From positions 10,974,001 through 11,038,000 of the forward strand of contig CP075497.1 in the NCBI GenBank assembly GCA_021613535.1: 64,000 nt of DNA, given 5' to 3'. The position numbers and the translations under genes were made by a program. Positions 18,495 to 33,588 of the stretch are shown in pieces. Numbering within the stretch: the stretch's first letter is position 1; each line of letters opens with the position of its first letter. This DNA is from Adineta vaga (lineage: Eukaryota > Animalia > Rotifera). The notes beneath the pieces are model-generated. The model was given only the letters and a program-made list of their open reading frames with translations. It ran no database searches and had not been told where the DNA came from.

Positions 18495-18775
18495 TCACCG
18501 CCGCCGCTATGTTGTTTGTTCTCAGGATCAACACAAAAGCGCACTAGATTGTACAGTAAAGGCGAACTGAAGGTCAGCGCACGCAAAGGAAAGAGAGAAA
18601 GAATAAGAGAATACATGTTGGTCAGTTTTGATGGGTGCCCGCCGCTTCTCTCTCTCTGTCTGTCTTTCTCCCACTTTCAGTAATACGACGCGAAGGCCAA
18701 CACATTGCCGTTCAAAGTGAACACGCCGCTCTGCTACTTCCAGCTCCGCCTGTTTGTGTCACATATATTCAAAGA
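18495..18775. promoter_or_regulatory. GC-richer region upstream of TCF with candidate TCF HMG sites and GCCG helper-like sites
   Basis: TTCAAAG at 18711-18717 and 18768-18774, TTTTGATG near 18626, and GCCG/CCGCC runs near 18497-18508, 18638-18645, 18707-18710, 18725-18730 and 18746-18750. Confidence 0.35.
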
Positions 18776-19697
18776 TTCGACTCAATATAAAGGAAAAAAA
18801 CGATTCACACTTCTATCGTACGTATCATATAAATAGATAATTTGATTCTTTTCGCTTCGTTTTATTTCAATTCATCAGCATATGAAATCGGTTTTTTGTT
18901 CCTATATGGGAAAATATTTATATATTCTTCTTTTCCTCCTATTCTATTCTGAAAGAGAAGAAAATACAATCACGACAAATCTATATTAAAAGAAGCAGAA
19001 GAAAACTCGATGACTATGATCATCATCACCTCTCTTACTCGATCAATCACAAACTAACGTCCCGATGGGTGTTCATCACACTAGGAAAAAAAATAAGATT
19101 TACGAGCCGTCGATGTCTATTACACCATCACTAACGGACATTAGTTAAGTTAGACTTTTTCAGAGAAGAAAACAACTGGAGATAAATATCAAACACTTGT
19201 GAACAAATTTCATTCATTCAATAAGTTATGATTATTCAAAGAATCCTTTGCTAATTTTTGACAAGAAAAATCAACAGATTATTATCTGTTTCTATTTGGA
19301 AGATAATTGAAAAGAAAAGCATTCTATCATCGCTAGATAGAATTTAATCGTACCATCACTTTTTCTTCTTCTTCTTCTTCAAAACTTAAAAAAAATTTAT
19401 AGGTTGAATACAGAACAATATATTTTTCTTGTTTGAAGTTAAACCGACTACAATAGAAAGCCTTTCACTTTTCATAAAAGACAAGAAAAAGAAATACCGA
19501 CCGACAAAGAAGTTGATGCGCATAATTGATCTCTACTCATACTCATTCATTTTAATCTCATTTTCTTCGTTCTATTACTTAGTGTTTTATACCTGTCTAT
19601 CTCATCTGACAATCATAAAGAAGCAGATATATTTATATTTATATATACATCTATACATCTATACATATCGAATGATAGTCAAACAATACAAGTGACC

Positions 19698-22600
19698 ATG
19701 CCGACTAATATACTTTTAGTTCCGACACCATTGGTAAGTCTTGTAATAAATATTTCTATACAATGATTTTCCTTTCTTTTCCTTCTATTTCTCTCTATTT
19801 TTTATCAAAAAACATTGAGAGATAGAGAAAGAGAGAGAGAGAGAGAATGAGACAGGCAGAGAAGAGAAGAGAAGAGAAGAGAAGAGAAAGAGAGAAAACG
19901 ATGCCGCTGCTTGCCTAGGTCTCTTTCGCTCTCTTTGTTCATTTGTTCAACGAAAGTCGTGTATAGGTCTCCTTTCACGTTTTCTTTTTATCAAAAAGTC
20001 CGCCTGCTTTGTTGTTTAGCCGAGGAAAACTGATTTATCATCATCGGCTACAACACTTGATCTTTCAATTAAATCATCATCTACTAAACTATCAAAATCA
20101 CCTGAACGACAAATGCCATCATCCTCATCATCATCATCGTCATCGACGACAACAACAACAACATCAGTGCCAAAACCTTTATCAACTGCAAAAATACTAA
20201 CACCTACTACGGATTCGGGTGGAAGTTTAACATCAGATAGTGATGAAGTAAAAGTATTTGGATGTGAAAAACATGAAGAAGATGTTGATATTGATGGAGA
20301 TGAAAATAGTGATCGACTGTCGCCCGTTATCAAGGAAGAAGAGGTAAATTATCTTATATTTGAAATAAAAAACTCAAAATATTCACATTCTAGTCATCAC
20401 CACAACAAACAACATCGAATAATCTTGCAGGTAAATGATTTAGTTTTTGTGTTGATTGATTTCATTTCTATAAAAATATACAATTTTTTTCTTCTTGCTA
20501 TGATTTAGATCGTCTGAACAGTGAACATCAATTCCATAGTTTTTTTCCGTATTTCATCTCTCCATATTATCATGCAGCAGCTGCCAGCAGTGGAACACCA
20601 CCTTTTGTAAGTTCTCAAACAATTTTTTCCTTCTAGTTATTTATTAGGAATTTATTAATCAGAAATGTTCTCATCTAAAACTCTGCTTCTTCTTTTTTTT
20701 GAAAACTTCTTCGATGATCGAAAGCAGGTGTCCGATAGATAGGATGATTGCGTGTGGTTCCACCCTCACACAAATTCAATATTAGTTATATATATATATA
20801 TGATCGATCAATAATTTTCTTCTTCTTTCTTCATGATCATCTACGAAGGAAAATCATTAGCAAACGATTGTATGTGTTAGAGTTGCTTCCACTTCAGATT
20901 GATCGCGCGGGACAGACGGACAAGATTTATCTCTTGACTGTTTCTAATTAACATTTACACAGCTCTTCTTCCTTATTCCACTAGTGTAGATGATTAGAAT
21001 AAGAGAACAAGCAAAGCAAAGCAAAGCGGTTGCCAGCTAATTCGTCATTGTAACAAGACAAGACCGGAACATGGTCGGTCTACCTTGTCTGTCTGTTGTA
21101 TGATGGAAATGATCTGATTAGCCTGAAATCGAGACGATGAACTGTTCTATATGTTGTTTGATGAACTACTAACTATAAAACGGAAAATAGATTATTATTT
21201 ATGATGACAATGGTTCGTTACATGGAACATAGAGTAAAGGAGGAGCTAGAAAATTAATCGAGTGAATGTTTTTAATATATCCGCATTGAATATGAAAAGC
21301 AAAGATCAAGAGTTCATTACGCACGAATGCGTAAAAATGCTCTTTTTACATTGAAAAAAGAAAAATTGCTTTGAATGTTCTCGATGTTCTATACAAAGTT
21401 ATTTGAAATTGAATGATTGATATTTTCAAATCTGATCACTTGATTTTTTATGTTAATTCTATGAATGTCATTGTTTTTCTCCTTTATAGGATAAAATGGC
21501 ACCTTTAGGTTCTTTTTCGAAATTCATGTCACCGCCTCCTGCTCATATATCTAGTGCCAATTTAAGCATTGATCCAAGTACAGGTAAGCGAAGCAATCTT
21601 TTATTTGAAAACATTCTCATTTTCTCATTTTTCTCATTCATAATAAATATATATATGTATTCTCTAATTGTTTAATGATGAGGTGAAGTTGTTCTCGCTC
21701 GAGCTCTTCACATACTTAGATACATAGACGAGAAGAATAGAAAAGAAGAAAAAAAAGTGAGCTTAGTCATTTATTATAAATTCTTCATGACGTTGTGCTT
21801 TAAAACAAATGTGCTTTTGCATCCACACATCAGTGACAATCGGTGAATAGAGATGTGAATCAATTACTAGTCAACTATCGTCCGTCACTAGAAACTCGAA
21901 AAGCCGAGAGGGCGATGCAATGAAGGGAGGAAAAGGAAATACATTTAGTACTTCATTAAATAAATCTTTCTTTCTTTTTTTTTATTCTCGTCATCGTTTG
22001 TATGTATGTGTATGTGAGAGTGTGTGTCTCGAGTCGCTCTTTCCGAAAATCGATCAATCGCAATTTACTATTGAAAAAATATGAGAAAAAGGTGGGCTAA
22101 GACGAGCAAACCAGGCAATCTATACACACAGTTATTCATGCAATACTAATCGACATCCATGTCGTCGGTTGACGTGTAACAAAGTGGAAAATGATCTTAT
22201 TAACGAGAGAGAAAAAGAAGACAATGAAGAAAAAAACGAAAGAATACAAGAGAATGATCAATGTGATGTGCGATAGTTTCCATTGTACTGCCTGCAATTC
22301 AATCATTAATATGATAGTTAGAAAAGAGACAATCATTTCTTTCTTACTTTAAAAATGTTCATACTTACATAATTCTACTCTCTAGTCTGAAAATGATCAA
22401 TGTTTTAGTGTCTAAGGATGCCTTTATCAAAATTTAAAAGATTTTTTTTGTTCAAAGAGTAAAACAGAATGTTTCAAATTGATGTTAACTCGAATTTATA
22501 GACTGTTCTTAATAGAACAAAGTCCTTTTGACTTTGGTCGAAACTAACATATTCATTATTTAATTATTGAAATCTTTCTATTTTGAAAAAGATACTGAAT

Positions 22601-24342
22601 AACTCAAAAAGATCTTTATTTTTTATGTTTCGTATTCAAAAGAATTTTATAACAAAGACATTCTTTATTATAATATAATACTCTATGTATCATTTGGAGA
22701 ATAGAATGGAAAACGAAAGTATATAGATAGAAAAATTCGAAGAATCCAACGAGCATTCCAGAACATTTCTGATGAGTTGTCTAGAGACTATGAATTTAGT
22801 CCTTCAAAATCTAAGTACATATCAATATGAATTTGCTTGTTCAGGTGTGCCTAATCCAATGTATTCATTATCATCTCCATCTTCATTTCAATCACTTTAT
22901 GCACAACATTGGTTCGTTTATTTTCTATTTAATTGAATAAATTCAAACGAAATTTATTATTATTATTTTTTCTGATTACTTCAGGCGTCCACCTATGTTT
23001 CCATTCGTATTTCCACCTGGATATCCATTCTCTCCAGCAGTTCTTTCTCAAGGTTCATCACCATCATCTACACATGCACCTAGTGGACCTTCATCATCCA
23101 TAACAACTCCTAATAATCATTCATTCGGACAAAAACGATCGACAACACTTAGGTATGATGATAAAACTTGAAGTATTGTGTTTGAGAATAATTTTATTAA
23201 AGATCAATGGATCATAGTCCACAACAACAACAGCATCATCATAAACTATCCATGTCGCACGAAGAAAAGAAATCGAGAAAACCACATATAAAAAAGCCAT
23301 TGAATGCTTTCATGTTATTTATGAAAGAACAACGAGCTCAAGTTGTACAAGAATGTACATTACGTGAGAGTGCAGCAATAAATCAAATACTTGGTCGAAA
23401 AGTATGTGAATTTGTTTTTTTTTCGAATGGAAATCGAACCATTCGTTTTTAGTGGCATGAACTTGATCGAAATGTTCAACAAAAATATTATGATATGGCA
23501 CGCGATGAACGGATGAAACATATGCAGTTATATCCGGGATGGTCAGCTCGAGATAATTATGGTGCAAGAAAAAAACGTGGAAGTAAAGGAAAGAAACGAG
23601 AAAAAAGTCAAGGAGAAAATGGCGGTAAGATTCTTTGAATATTTAAAATTCATTCATGACAATTAATTTTAAATGTTCTTTTCAGAATGTCTTAATCAGA
23701 AGAAATGTCGAGCAAGATTTGGTCTTGATCAACAATCGAATTGGTGTAAACATTGCAAGTACGTTTTTAATCTCAGAAGAGAAAATCTATTTTCGAAATA
23801 ACACTAAATTCTCTTTCTTCTTCTAGACGAAAGAAGAAATGCCTTCGATATACAGAAGATGACACAGCTTGTGTTGGACCGAATTCTGTAGGTGGTGGTT
23901 CTGGAGTGAAGAAGATGATATTGATGATTCAAATGATGGTATTAAACAATGTGATCTACCAATGATGGAACATCCTGAAGGAGACAATATGCATAATACA
24001 AATGGAAATAATCGTTCAATAGATTCTGATGAAGAAAATAAATCACGTATATTAATGCATCAACAACCACCTAATTCAAATGGTAGTGGTTCATCATCAT
24101 CTACAAATGGCGCTGTACCAATGACAATGATGACAACAAGAACAGCAACATCATCTTCATCTAGAAAAGACTCTTCATCATCTTCAACATCCCCACAAGG
24201 TTCATTTCTTCATCTTCCTCATCAACGATATCCAATAGTTCCACCAGGTCATTTTCCTTCGCCTCATCATCATCCTTATTTTGATCCATTCTTACAACCA
24301 TCACCGATGCCTCTTTTAAATGGATTTAAACGAGAGACATAG
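19698..24342 (+). CDS. TCF: TCF/LEF (pangolin) transcription factor with beta-catenin-binding region, HMG box and C-clamp; frame change in the last exon
   Basis: SDEVKVFG..E catenin-binding motif; HMG box [57 protein letters not shown]; C-clamp [25 protein letters not shown]. The first exon (19698-19733) is inferred. Confidence 0.95.
19820..19895 (+). repeat. (GA)n and (GAAGA)n purine microsatellite in TCF intron 1
   Basis: gagagagagagagaga followed by gaagagaagagaagagaagagaagag, read directly. Confidence 0.85.
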
Positions 24343-24967
24343 TTTGTCTTGATTTCAATTATTTTATTCGTTCTAGTCAGTATCCGAGGTGATCGATCTG
24401 GTTGCAATACATGTATAATCTCTTTTTTCTTTTTCTTCTTTTACCATACAATTTTTCTTTCTTTCTATTTGTATCTTTATTTTCCGCATTCAAACCTTTG
24501 TTCGTTATAGATTTCTCTCCTTTTCCGTGTTATACATGTATCATATTCTGAATCTTTAAACGTTTCAATGTATGAATCATTTGTCTCTCTTTTTCCTTTT
24601 TGGATGATATACACACAGAGTTCATATTTAATGATCAGACAGAAGAAATAATGAATACAATCGATGGATCTCTTCTAGTATCACATTACAGACATATGTA
24701 TTGATCAAGGGATTAAAAAGAAAATTGCTCTGATGATTATACAGTAGCTAAGTTACCTTATTTTCTATGATTGATAAAGATTACTGAATGAAAACATTTT
24801 CAAATGATTTTGTTTTGGAATTATAACTGATATACTTTATTTGAGATTCAAATATCGAAGAGTTTACAAGAAGATTTTGTGTAGGAGTTATGAATTTAAT
24901 ATTGCAATGTGATGTCGAACGAGATTGATATTTTCTGTTGTTGAGGGGATAATTATTTTGGTCATCA

Positions 24968-27941
24968 CTAATGTTGTAAACTATTCATATTCGAATGCAT
25001 CTGTTGTAATTCTTGTTTTAAAAGTTGACATTCATTTTCAGCTTGTTGACGAAGCTAAAAAAAGAGAGAAAAAGAAACGATAGGATATCAAATTTGTTTT
25101 CTCGATGAATTCCAATGTTATCTTATACTTTGGTAACATGATTTACATGAAGTTTAGCTTGTTCAATTCGAGTAGCTACATCTGGTTGATTTTGCTAAAA
25201 AATTCATGCATATGATTTGAAGACGTTTTTGAAAGTATCATTAATAGTCATACGGATGTAGTTCGTGTTTTTTCTTCAAGTTCAATGGTTGTTTTCTTTT
25301 CGTTAAGATATTTCTGTTTCCAATGATCTCGTTCTAAATTTAAAACAAAATTGATAAAATTTTGAGTCTAATTTGAATTCAACCTTCCGTTCGTCGAACA
25401 GCAATTTGTGCATGTAGTTGTTGGATTCGACGAATTGTTGTTTCTCGATTATTTTCGAATTCAATTCGTTCTGATTTGAGTTTATCAAGACGTTCCGTAA
25501 GTTTGACAACTAGACAAATAAAAGAAAACGTGATCTGATTCAAAGATATTTCAATTGATCTACCTTCATGTGCTTTGATTTCTTCAGCATGATCTTCTTC
25601 TGCTTTTCGGCGAGCTAATTCACGTGCTTCCTTTTGTAAACGTTCAAGTTCATTTGTCTTATGTCTGAAAGAAGGAAAGCCAAGAGACTGATTGATATCT
25701 GAATTCCTTGTGTCAATCTCCTCGTCTTTACGAGAAGTTGATGCAGACCATAAATGTTCATTTCTCCATATTTCATATCCCTCTAATGGTAATGAACGAA
25801 TATTTTTCTGTTTAATCGATGATCGTTTTTGTTCTCCATCTGATTCTGACGACCATAGGCCTCGAGATTTAATAAACTTTGATTTTCTGAAACGCAAATA
25901 TATTTCGATTCTTTTTTTTTCTTTCGATAGAAAAGACTACGACATAAAATTACAACAACTAGTCATAAGAAATAGATTTGATTTTTTTTCTTCATGCATT
26001 GGCATCAGTTTAGACATTGGTGTTATCGTATACATGTATTCGATAGGTTCGTTGCATCATTCGAGCTGCTGCATCATCACTGTGAAAGGGAACAATACTT
26101 AATAAGAATTATTCAGAAATATGTACGAATGTGAATCAGATGAGTGAATATGATGCAAATATCAAGCAAAATAAAACTGATAATGAAATATGCATCAAAT
26201 CGATGAGTGATTGCACATTGATTATCAACAACAAACAAATTAAATAGGTGAATAGAAAACTTAGATTAAAATGATTACTGGTACAACCTCTGTTTATCAT
26301 TATCAGTATCGTCTTGGCCACTGAATTATGAGAGAGAGAGAGAGAGAGATTGAAGAAAACTTTCGACAATGAAATAACTTACTGGCGTTGTTTTTGTTCT
26401 TTAGTTTGACGTCGAGTTTGATAACCACGATAACTTGCTTGAATACGAATAGCTGCTTCTTCTTCTTGTTTTTCTCGTTCAAGTTTAGATAAACTTTTAT
26501 ATTGTTCAAGTAAATCATGTTCACGTTTCTTCTTTTCCTCTTGTTCAATTTCACGTTGTCGTTTTTCGTGTTCATCTTTACGTTTTTTCTCTTCAAGTTC
26601 GATTTCACGTCGTTGTTGCTGCTGCTGCTGCCGCTGTTCTTCTTGTTCTTTTACAGCTTTTAGCTTTTCAGGTTCGATATCACGTGTTGGTATATCATCT
26701 TTTCTTCTCAGAGGTTTTTTATCTTCAGTTTCACTATCATTACTTTGAGCACTATCAATTGTCTTTCGTCGTTGTTGTTCGACTTCGATTTCACGTCGTT
26801 GTCGAGCTAATTCAATTTGACGTAAACGAAGACGTTCTTGTTCTTCTCGTAATTTTGCTAAATCTCTACGAATATAATAGATAAATAATCAATCGAGTAC
26901 GAACCGATCGTTCAATTTGTTCTTAATATGAGAATATTTTACCTTGCGCTAAGAGTGCTCGAAGCTCTTGAGAGACTTTAAAAGAAGGAAAGAAAGAGAA
27001 TGTTTTCAGTATATTTTTTTTTCTTTTTATTTGATATTTACTTGGAAGTTGAAGAAGTGGCTGATCCATTGAGAAATGTTGAATTCTGTTGTTCACTACT
27101 CGAATGAACAAATGAAGGATTGACTGTTGCTATGGGTAATGGAGATTCAACAGTTGATTTCGTCCAACTTTCTTGACGACTTGTCGTTGTTGTTATTGTT
27201 GATGATTGAGAAGTTGATTCACGAGAAAGAGAACTTTTAGATTTACTTGTCAATGAAGAATCGTCATCATGATGTCCTTCGAGAACATAAATCTAGAAGA
27301 TTCTGTTGATGAACATTGATATTGATCATTTCAATACTCACTTCAGGTGCAAATGTCTAAAATAGAAGAATTAATATGATAAACGATAATATATATATAT
27401 ATATAATGAAAACAAAATACGAACAATCGGTGGTCGATAATTTTTTACTCGTAGTTCAAGTTCTTGTTGAGGTTTTACCTAAAAGAATCTCTAGAATAGC
27501 TTTATATTATTTTTAGATAAGAAAATAGCACCTTTGCTAAACATCGACCAACACTTCGTAAGTAAATAAATTCTTTTGGAAATCCATCTTCTTGCCCGCA
27601 AACATCAACAATATGTTGACGAAGATCATAGATCGTTAAATTTTGTGGAATACTGTCAAAATAAACCTTCTATTATCGATCTCATTCATTCAAATCATCA
27701 TACCGAACAAATCCAGCTGACATCGCCTGTTCAATTGCATCATTTTCCGCTAGATTTTTTTGTTCTTGCCAAACATTGTTTGGTATAATATAAATATGTA
27801 GATCAACAAGCTAAAGCTTCATTTCAATCAATATTTTTTTATTAACAGTTGACAATTTTCTACCTGTGCAGAATCTGGTCGATCAATTGTTATAAGATTA
27901 TGACGTAGTGCTGAAGGTTCACTTTCTATTTGAGGTTCCAT
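24968..27941 (-). CDS. SPATA1: Spermatogenesis-associated protein 1 (SPATA1) homolog with a long central coiled coil and IQ motifs
   Basis: The N-terminus RPDSAQLVDLHIYIIP..SAGFVRIPQNLTIYDLR..FIYLRSVGRCLAKVKPQQELELRVKNYRPP matches the SPATA1 N-domain as I recall it. The C-terminal coiled coil ends LRQQAENECQLLKQELQQMHSNMNSLQH*. Internal exon boundaries are partly uncertain. Confidence 0.82.
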
Positions 27942-30900
27942 TTGTCTTTGAAATTCAAATAGTAGTAATATGACAATGAAAATTTGTTTATGTACTTTTC
28001 CTGTGTAGTTTTATATTTGCTTCACCACCATTACTGCATGTTTAACATGCTCATTAGGAATTTTATTCTGGCATATACAATAAGCAAAAAAGAAGGTTGA
28101 AAGAAAAAGAAAGAGAGAAAGAAAGGAAAAAAAACGAAGAAGAGAAACAGAAATAAATCACATTTACATACTTATTTGAAACGAGTATGTGGATTCTATT
28201 TCTATTTGTCTTCTTACTTTGACGATTGCATGTACATAAAGAAATATATTATTTTGTATAAATCTCCTTTTTTTAATTGTATGAAAAGAATAATTATTAG
28301 CGTATCGTATTTATCGACGATAATGTTTGAACTATATTATATATCAGTGAATCAAAGTCTGTAAAATATGACAATGAATGTGACCATCAATATTTAGAGC
28401 GAATACACGATTTGGTAGGATAGTTTAGAGATACTTTGCATAAAGCCAAAGAAATGAAATCCATGTTTTTCTAGGAAATCGATTGGATCTTTATGAGATT
28501 TCAGAACGAAAATGTGGAATGAATTCTTTACTTTTTTGTTGTTGATAGAATGGTTTCCATGGTTATAATATGTGTATTTTCGTATTTGTTGAAACTGAAA
28601 CTGTTATGATTATTACATGTTACAATATTGAACTAGACTACCGTAGAAATCGATAAATATATTCATGATTGTAATTCAGGTACTTTTTTTGATTCTATTA
28701 ATTCACAAAGATAAATAAACTTGAAATAAAGAAGTTTTGATTTAATTAGTCTATTAATTATTTATATTGATTTTGAGAAGTTTTTATCAATAAATAACTC
28801 AATGGAAATAATAGATAAGATTGTCAGTTTTAATTGTAATCAACTTCATTTTTTTTTTTCGAAAATTCAATCAGAATCTGCTGTTTTATGTGCATCTCAT
28901 ACGTGCTCCTTCTTTGATACTCATTCTTCGTTACATACGAAAGATGTTTCACTATTAACAACAGCAGTCCGTGACAATTATTTGGTAAGCAACTCTTCAG
29001 TATACTTTTGGTTTTACAACGAGATGTATTTTCGATCTAGATTCTTTTTTTGAATTTAAAATATACTCGACGTGATTTACGAATTCAAATCAGTCTATAA
29101 TCTATTCATTTCTTAAAAATCAAAATTAACTATAATATATCAATGAAAAGTTTCCTCTGTGTTGTTAACGTTTTCCTCAATCTAAATTTAAAGTGATATT
29201 ATGTTTAATAACTTCCTGAACTTCCTCAGCATGTAACAATCATTTTAATATTCAATTGTCTGCATGTGTAGAAAATAGTCTGATCAATTCGAATCTAATG
29301 ACCATGAAGAATTTGCGTAATAAGGATCATCACTCGATTATTTATATAGGCACCACAGTTCGACAACTATTCGTCTTAAGACGACTTGAACGTCATTGGT
29401 TTGTAATGAATTGAGATACTGTCATTGTATGAGTTTTACTCGATAAAAAGCGTCGGTGAGTTCGAGCAAGTGAAGAAATAACTGAGTGCATATACAAATT
29501 TATTCATATATGCATTAGTAACAACTGTACTTGTACCAACAGAATCTATTATTTGTATGAAACAGTCTTGTCATATACATAATTCTACACTTCCTAAGAC
29601 TTATACTTCATTTTATGCTGATAAAAATCTTCCATCAAATTCAACTTTATTACTAATTGCAAAAGTTGATTACGATGTCACTATATGATTATCATCATCT
29701 GTTGATTTATCTACTAATGTTCTTGATTGAGCGAATGACAAATCAAAGTTTGATTTTTATCTTCGATTATTCGTATGTACAAAATATCTTACCAGTAAAT
29801 CAGAAATATGTGCGTGCTGCCTTGAAATAACTTATAAAAATATGTTGGATGTTGCAATAAAGGCAGCAAGAATAAAAAAAGAGAGAACAGTAGTAAGAAA
29901 AATGTCTCTAATGACTCAATATAATCTTCGAGTAGTTGTTTATTACAGAGAAAAAAAAACAATTATTTTTTAACGACTAATTGAGAAGATGAGTGGAAAT
30001 GGAAATTTGATTGCGAATAGAGAAAATGTTGTCATCTTAATCTTTTTCTTGGTGTTTTTATCATCAGAAGTATATCATAATCTAGATTTATAGATGAGAT
30101 TATTGAGTAAAATCTAAATATTATTTTTGAATTAAATAAATGAATATGAAATCTATTTATAGTTGAGTATAATCACTGAAAATTCTTGAAATATAAATGG
30201 ATCAATAGATTGCTCAGCAAGCGAATAAAAGACATGATGCGCACAGTAAGGAAAAGAAAGAAGAAGAGAAGATTAATGAATTTTGTTGATATATCATATC
30301 AGGTTTTTTTCCTTCCGTTACAGATTTAATGACATTTAGCAGTTCTTTCACATCAAACTATTTGTATGATTTACCTCCAGTTTAGATAATAAATTAGAAA
30401 GCAGGATTTTGATATCTGAGAGAGGTCGTCTTTTATGTTTTCTCAAACTTAATAAACAAGAAATATTGTTAATTGATATCATATCTTTCTGTCGGTGACA
30501 AGGTCTCCTTTACTCTATCATATTTCAATAACAACTGAGCTAATCGTCGAAGTGGACGTCTACATTACTCCATGTATGTCTTATGTCACTAGACAGATTC
30601 TTTCTGTGCTAGATGAAAGTAGACATTATCGATGCTGACATTAGCATCATTTTTAGAGAGAGAGAGAGAGAAAAGAAGAAGAAAAAATCTTCTAAGTCTC
30701 ACTCTATTTGTTTCCTTCTTTGAAATATTTCTATGATCGCTTCAGGCGAAAGAACTTGTCGATCGATTACTTTATAAATAAATTCATCATTTTTCAATAG
30801 TAGAGTTTTTATTCTGTGTTTTTCTTCTTAACATGTCAAGTATATCATCAGCTAGAGTCGATAATGATGAGAGACTAGTAGGAAAAGTAATGATAATAAT

Positions 30901-32239
30901 AATAAAACTAATGAAGACTAAGAAACAATGTCAATACTGATCTAAATATATACGTTCTATCTATAATCATTTCCACATATGGATAAGTCGTACAGAAAGA
31001 AAAAACAAACGATTCTAGTCATTCGACGTTTAATACCATTTCATTTCACCCTATATAACAAAAACTAGCGACGAGGTCGAGAAAATATATTCGATTTTTT
31101 TTATTATGTTGCGAAATATATGTGTTTGCAACTTCTACTTTGTATCCATGTTCTTTCTTTTTTCATAAAAAAAATGTCATATTGAGAGTACAGCTGTCAC
31201 TGTCATTCTTTCATTTTCTATCATCATTCTCTAGTTCAATTGACTATCTGATGATATATTTGATTAGCCTCATTTTACACCGCCGTTGGTGCTGTCATTC
31301 GTTCGTCCGAGATTTTTCTCTTCATTCGCCTTTTACTCCTACATACACACGAATGTTGTTTTGATCAGCACACGCGCGCGCAAAATCTTCTGCTTGTTGT
31401 TGTTATTGTCACTAATCGTCATTGTCGTTTTCTTCTTGATGAACAGTTTGTTATTATTAATCGACTCATTCACATGTATAATCATAGAATCGTTGTGCGT
31501 GCGTGCATTGATTTTCTAAAAGTTGATTAGACAATGTGTTCAATGTGAATCTTCAGAATAATAGATATATGCTCGGTCACATTCAATTATTTGCGTTTTT
31601 TAGTTTCCTTTTTTCTATTGTTCCGGTACTTCTCTTCTCAACATTCAAAGCTAAATACAAATTTTAGCTACCTTCATTCATCTTCCTCTAGCAAGAACAT
31701 GAAAATATGAGACTATATGTCATTTTTCTGCTACATATATATATATATATATGTCTAGTAATTCTGTTCTTTTTGTTACTATTTGAACGAAGACATAAAT
31801 CTAAACTGACGACGACAATGTGGTAACGAAGAGAGCATCGTCGGTTGTGTTCTCATTTCTGACTATGAAATAAGAACGCAGAATATTCATCTAATAGTAG
31901 TAAAAACATTGAGTTGAATAGCTATTACTGTCTACCTGTAGATACTTCATAAAAAAAGAAAATCGAGAAAGACGAAGAAGAAGTAGAAGAAGAAGAAAGA
32001 AGAAAAGAGTAAGAAGAAAACGTTAACAAAAGAAAGACGAACATCGACAACACAGTTGAGCAAACACTCGATATATTTTAGTCACGCAATTTTCATCAAG
32101 CGACTAATCGTTGCAGTTCAAAGAGGGTAATTGTATTCGAGAAGAAGAAGACGAAGAAGAAGAAAAAAAAACTTAACTCAAGTTCGTCTCATTATTATTT
32201 TTCCTGTTTATTTCAATCTCATATCTAAATATTGATTAA

Positions 32240-33588
<1,349 letters not shown>

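Noticed and set aside
18320-18683. Overlapping ORFs in the GC-richer region upstream of TCF
   Set aside because: No recognisable protein features; better explained as regulatory DNA.
29371-29384. Perfect 14-bp palindrome tcgtcttaagacga
   Set aside because: Single occurrence, plausible by chance in 64 kb, with no associated element.
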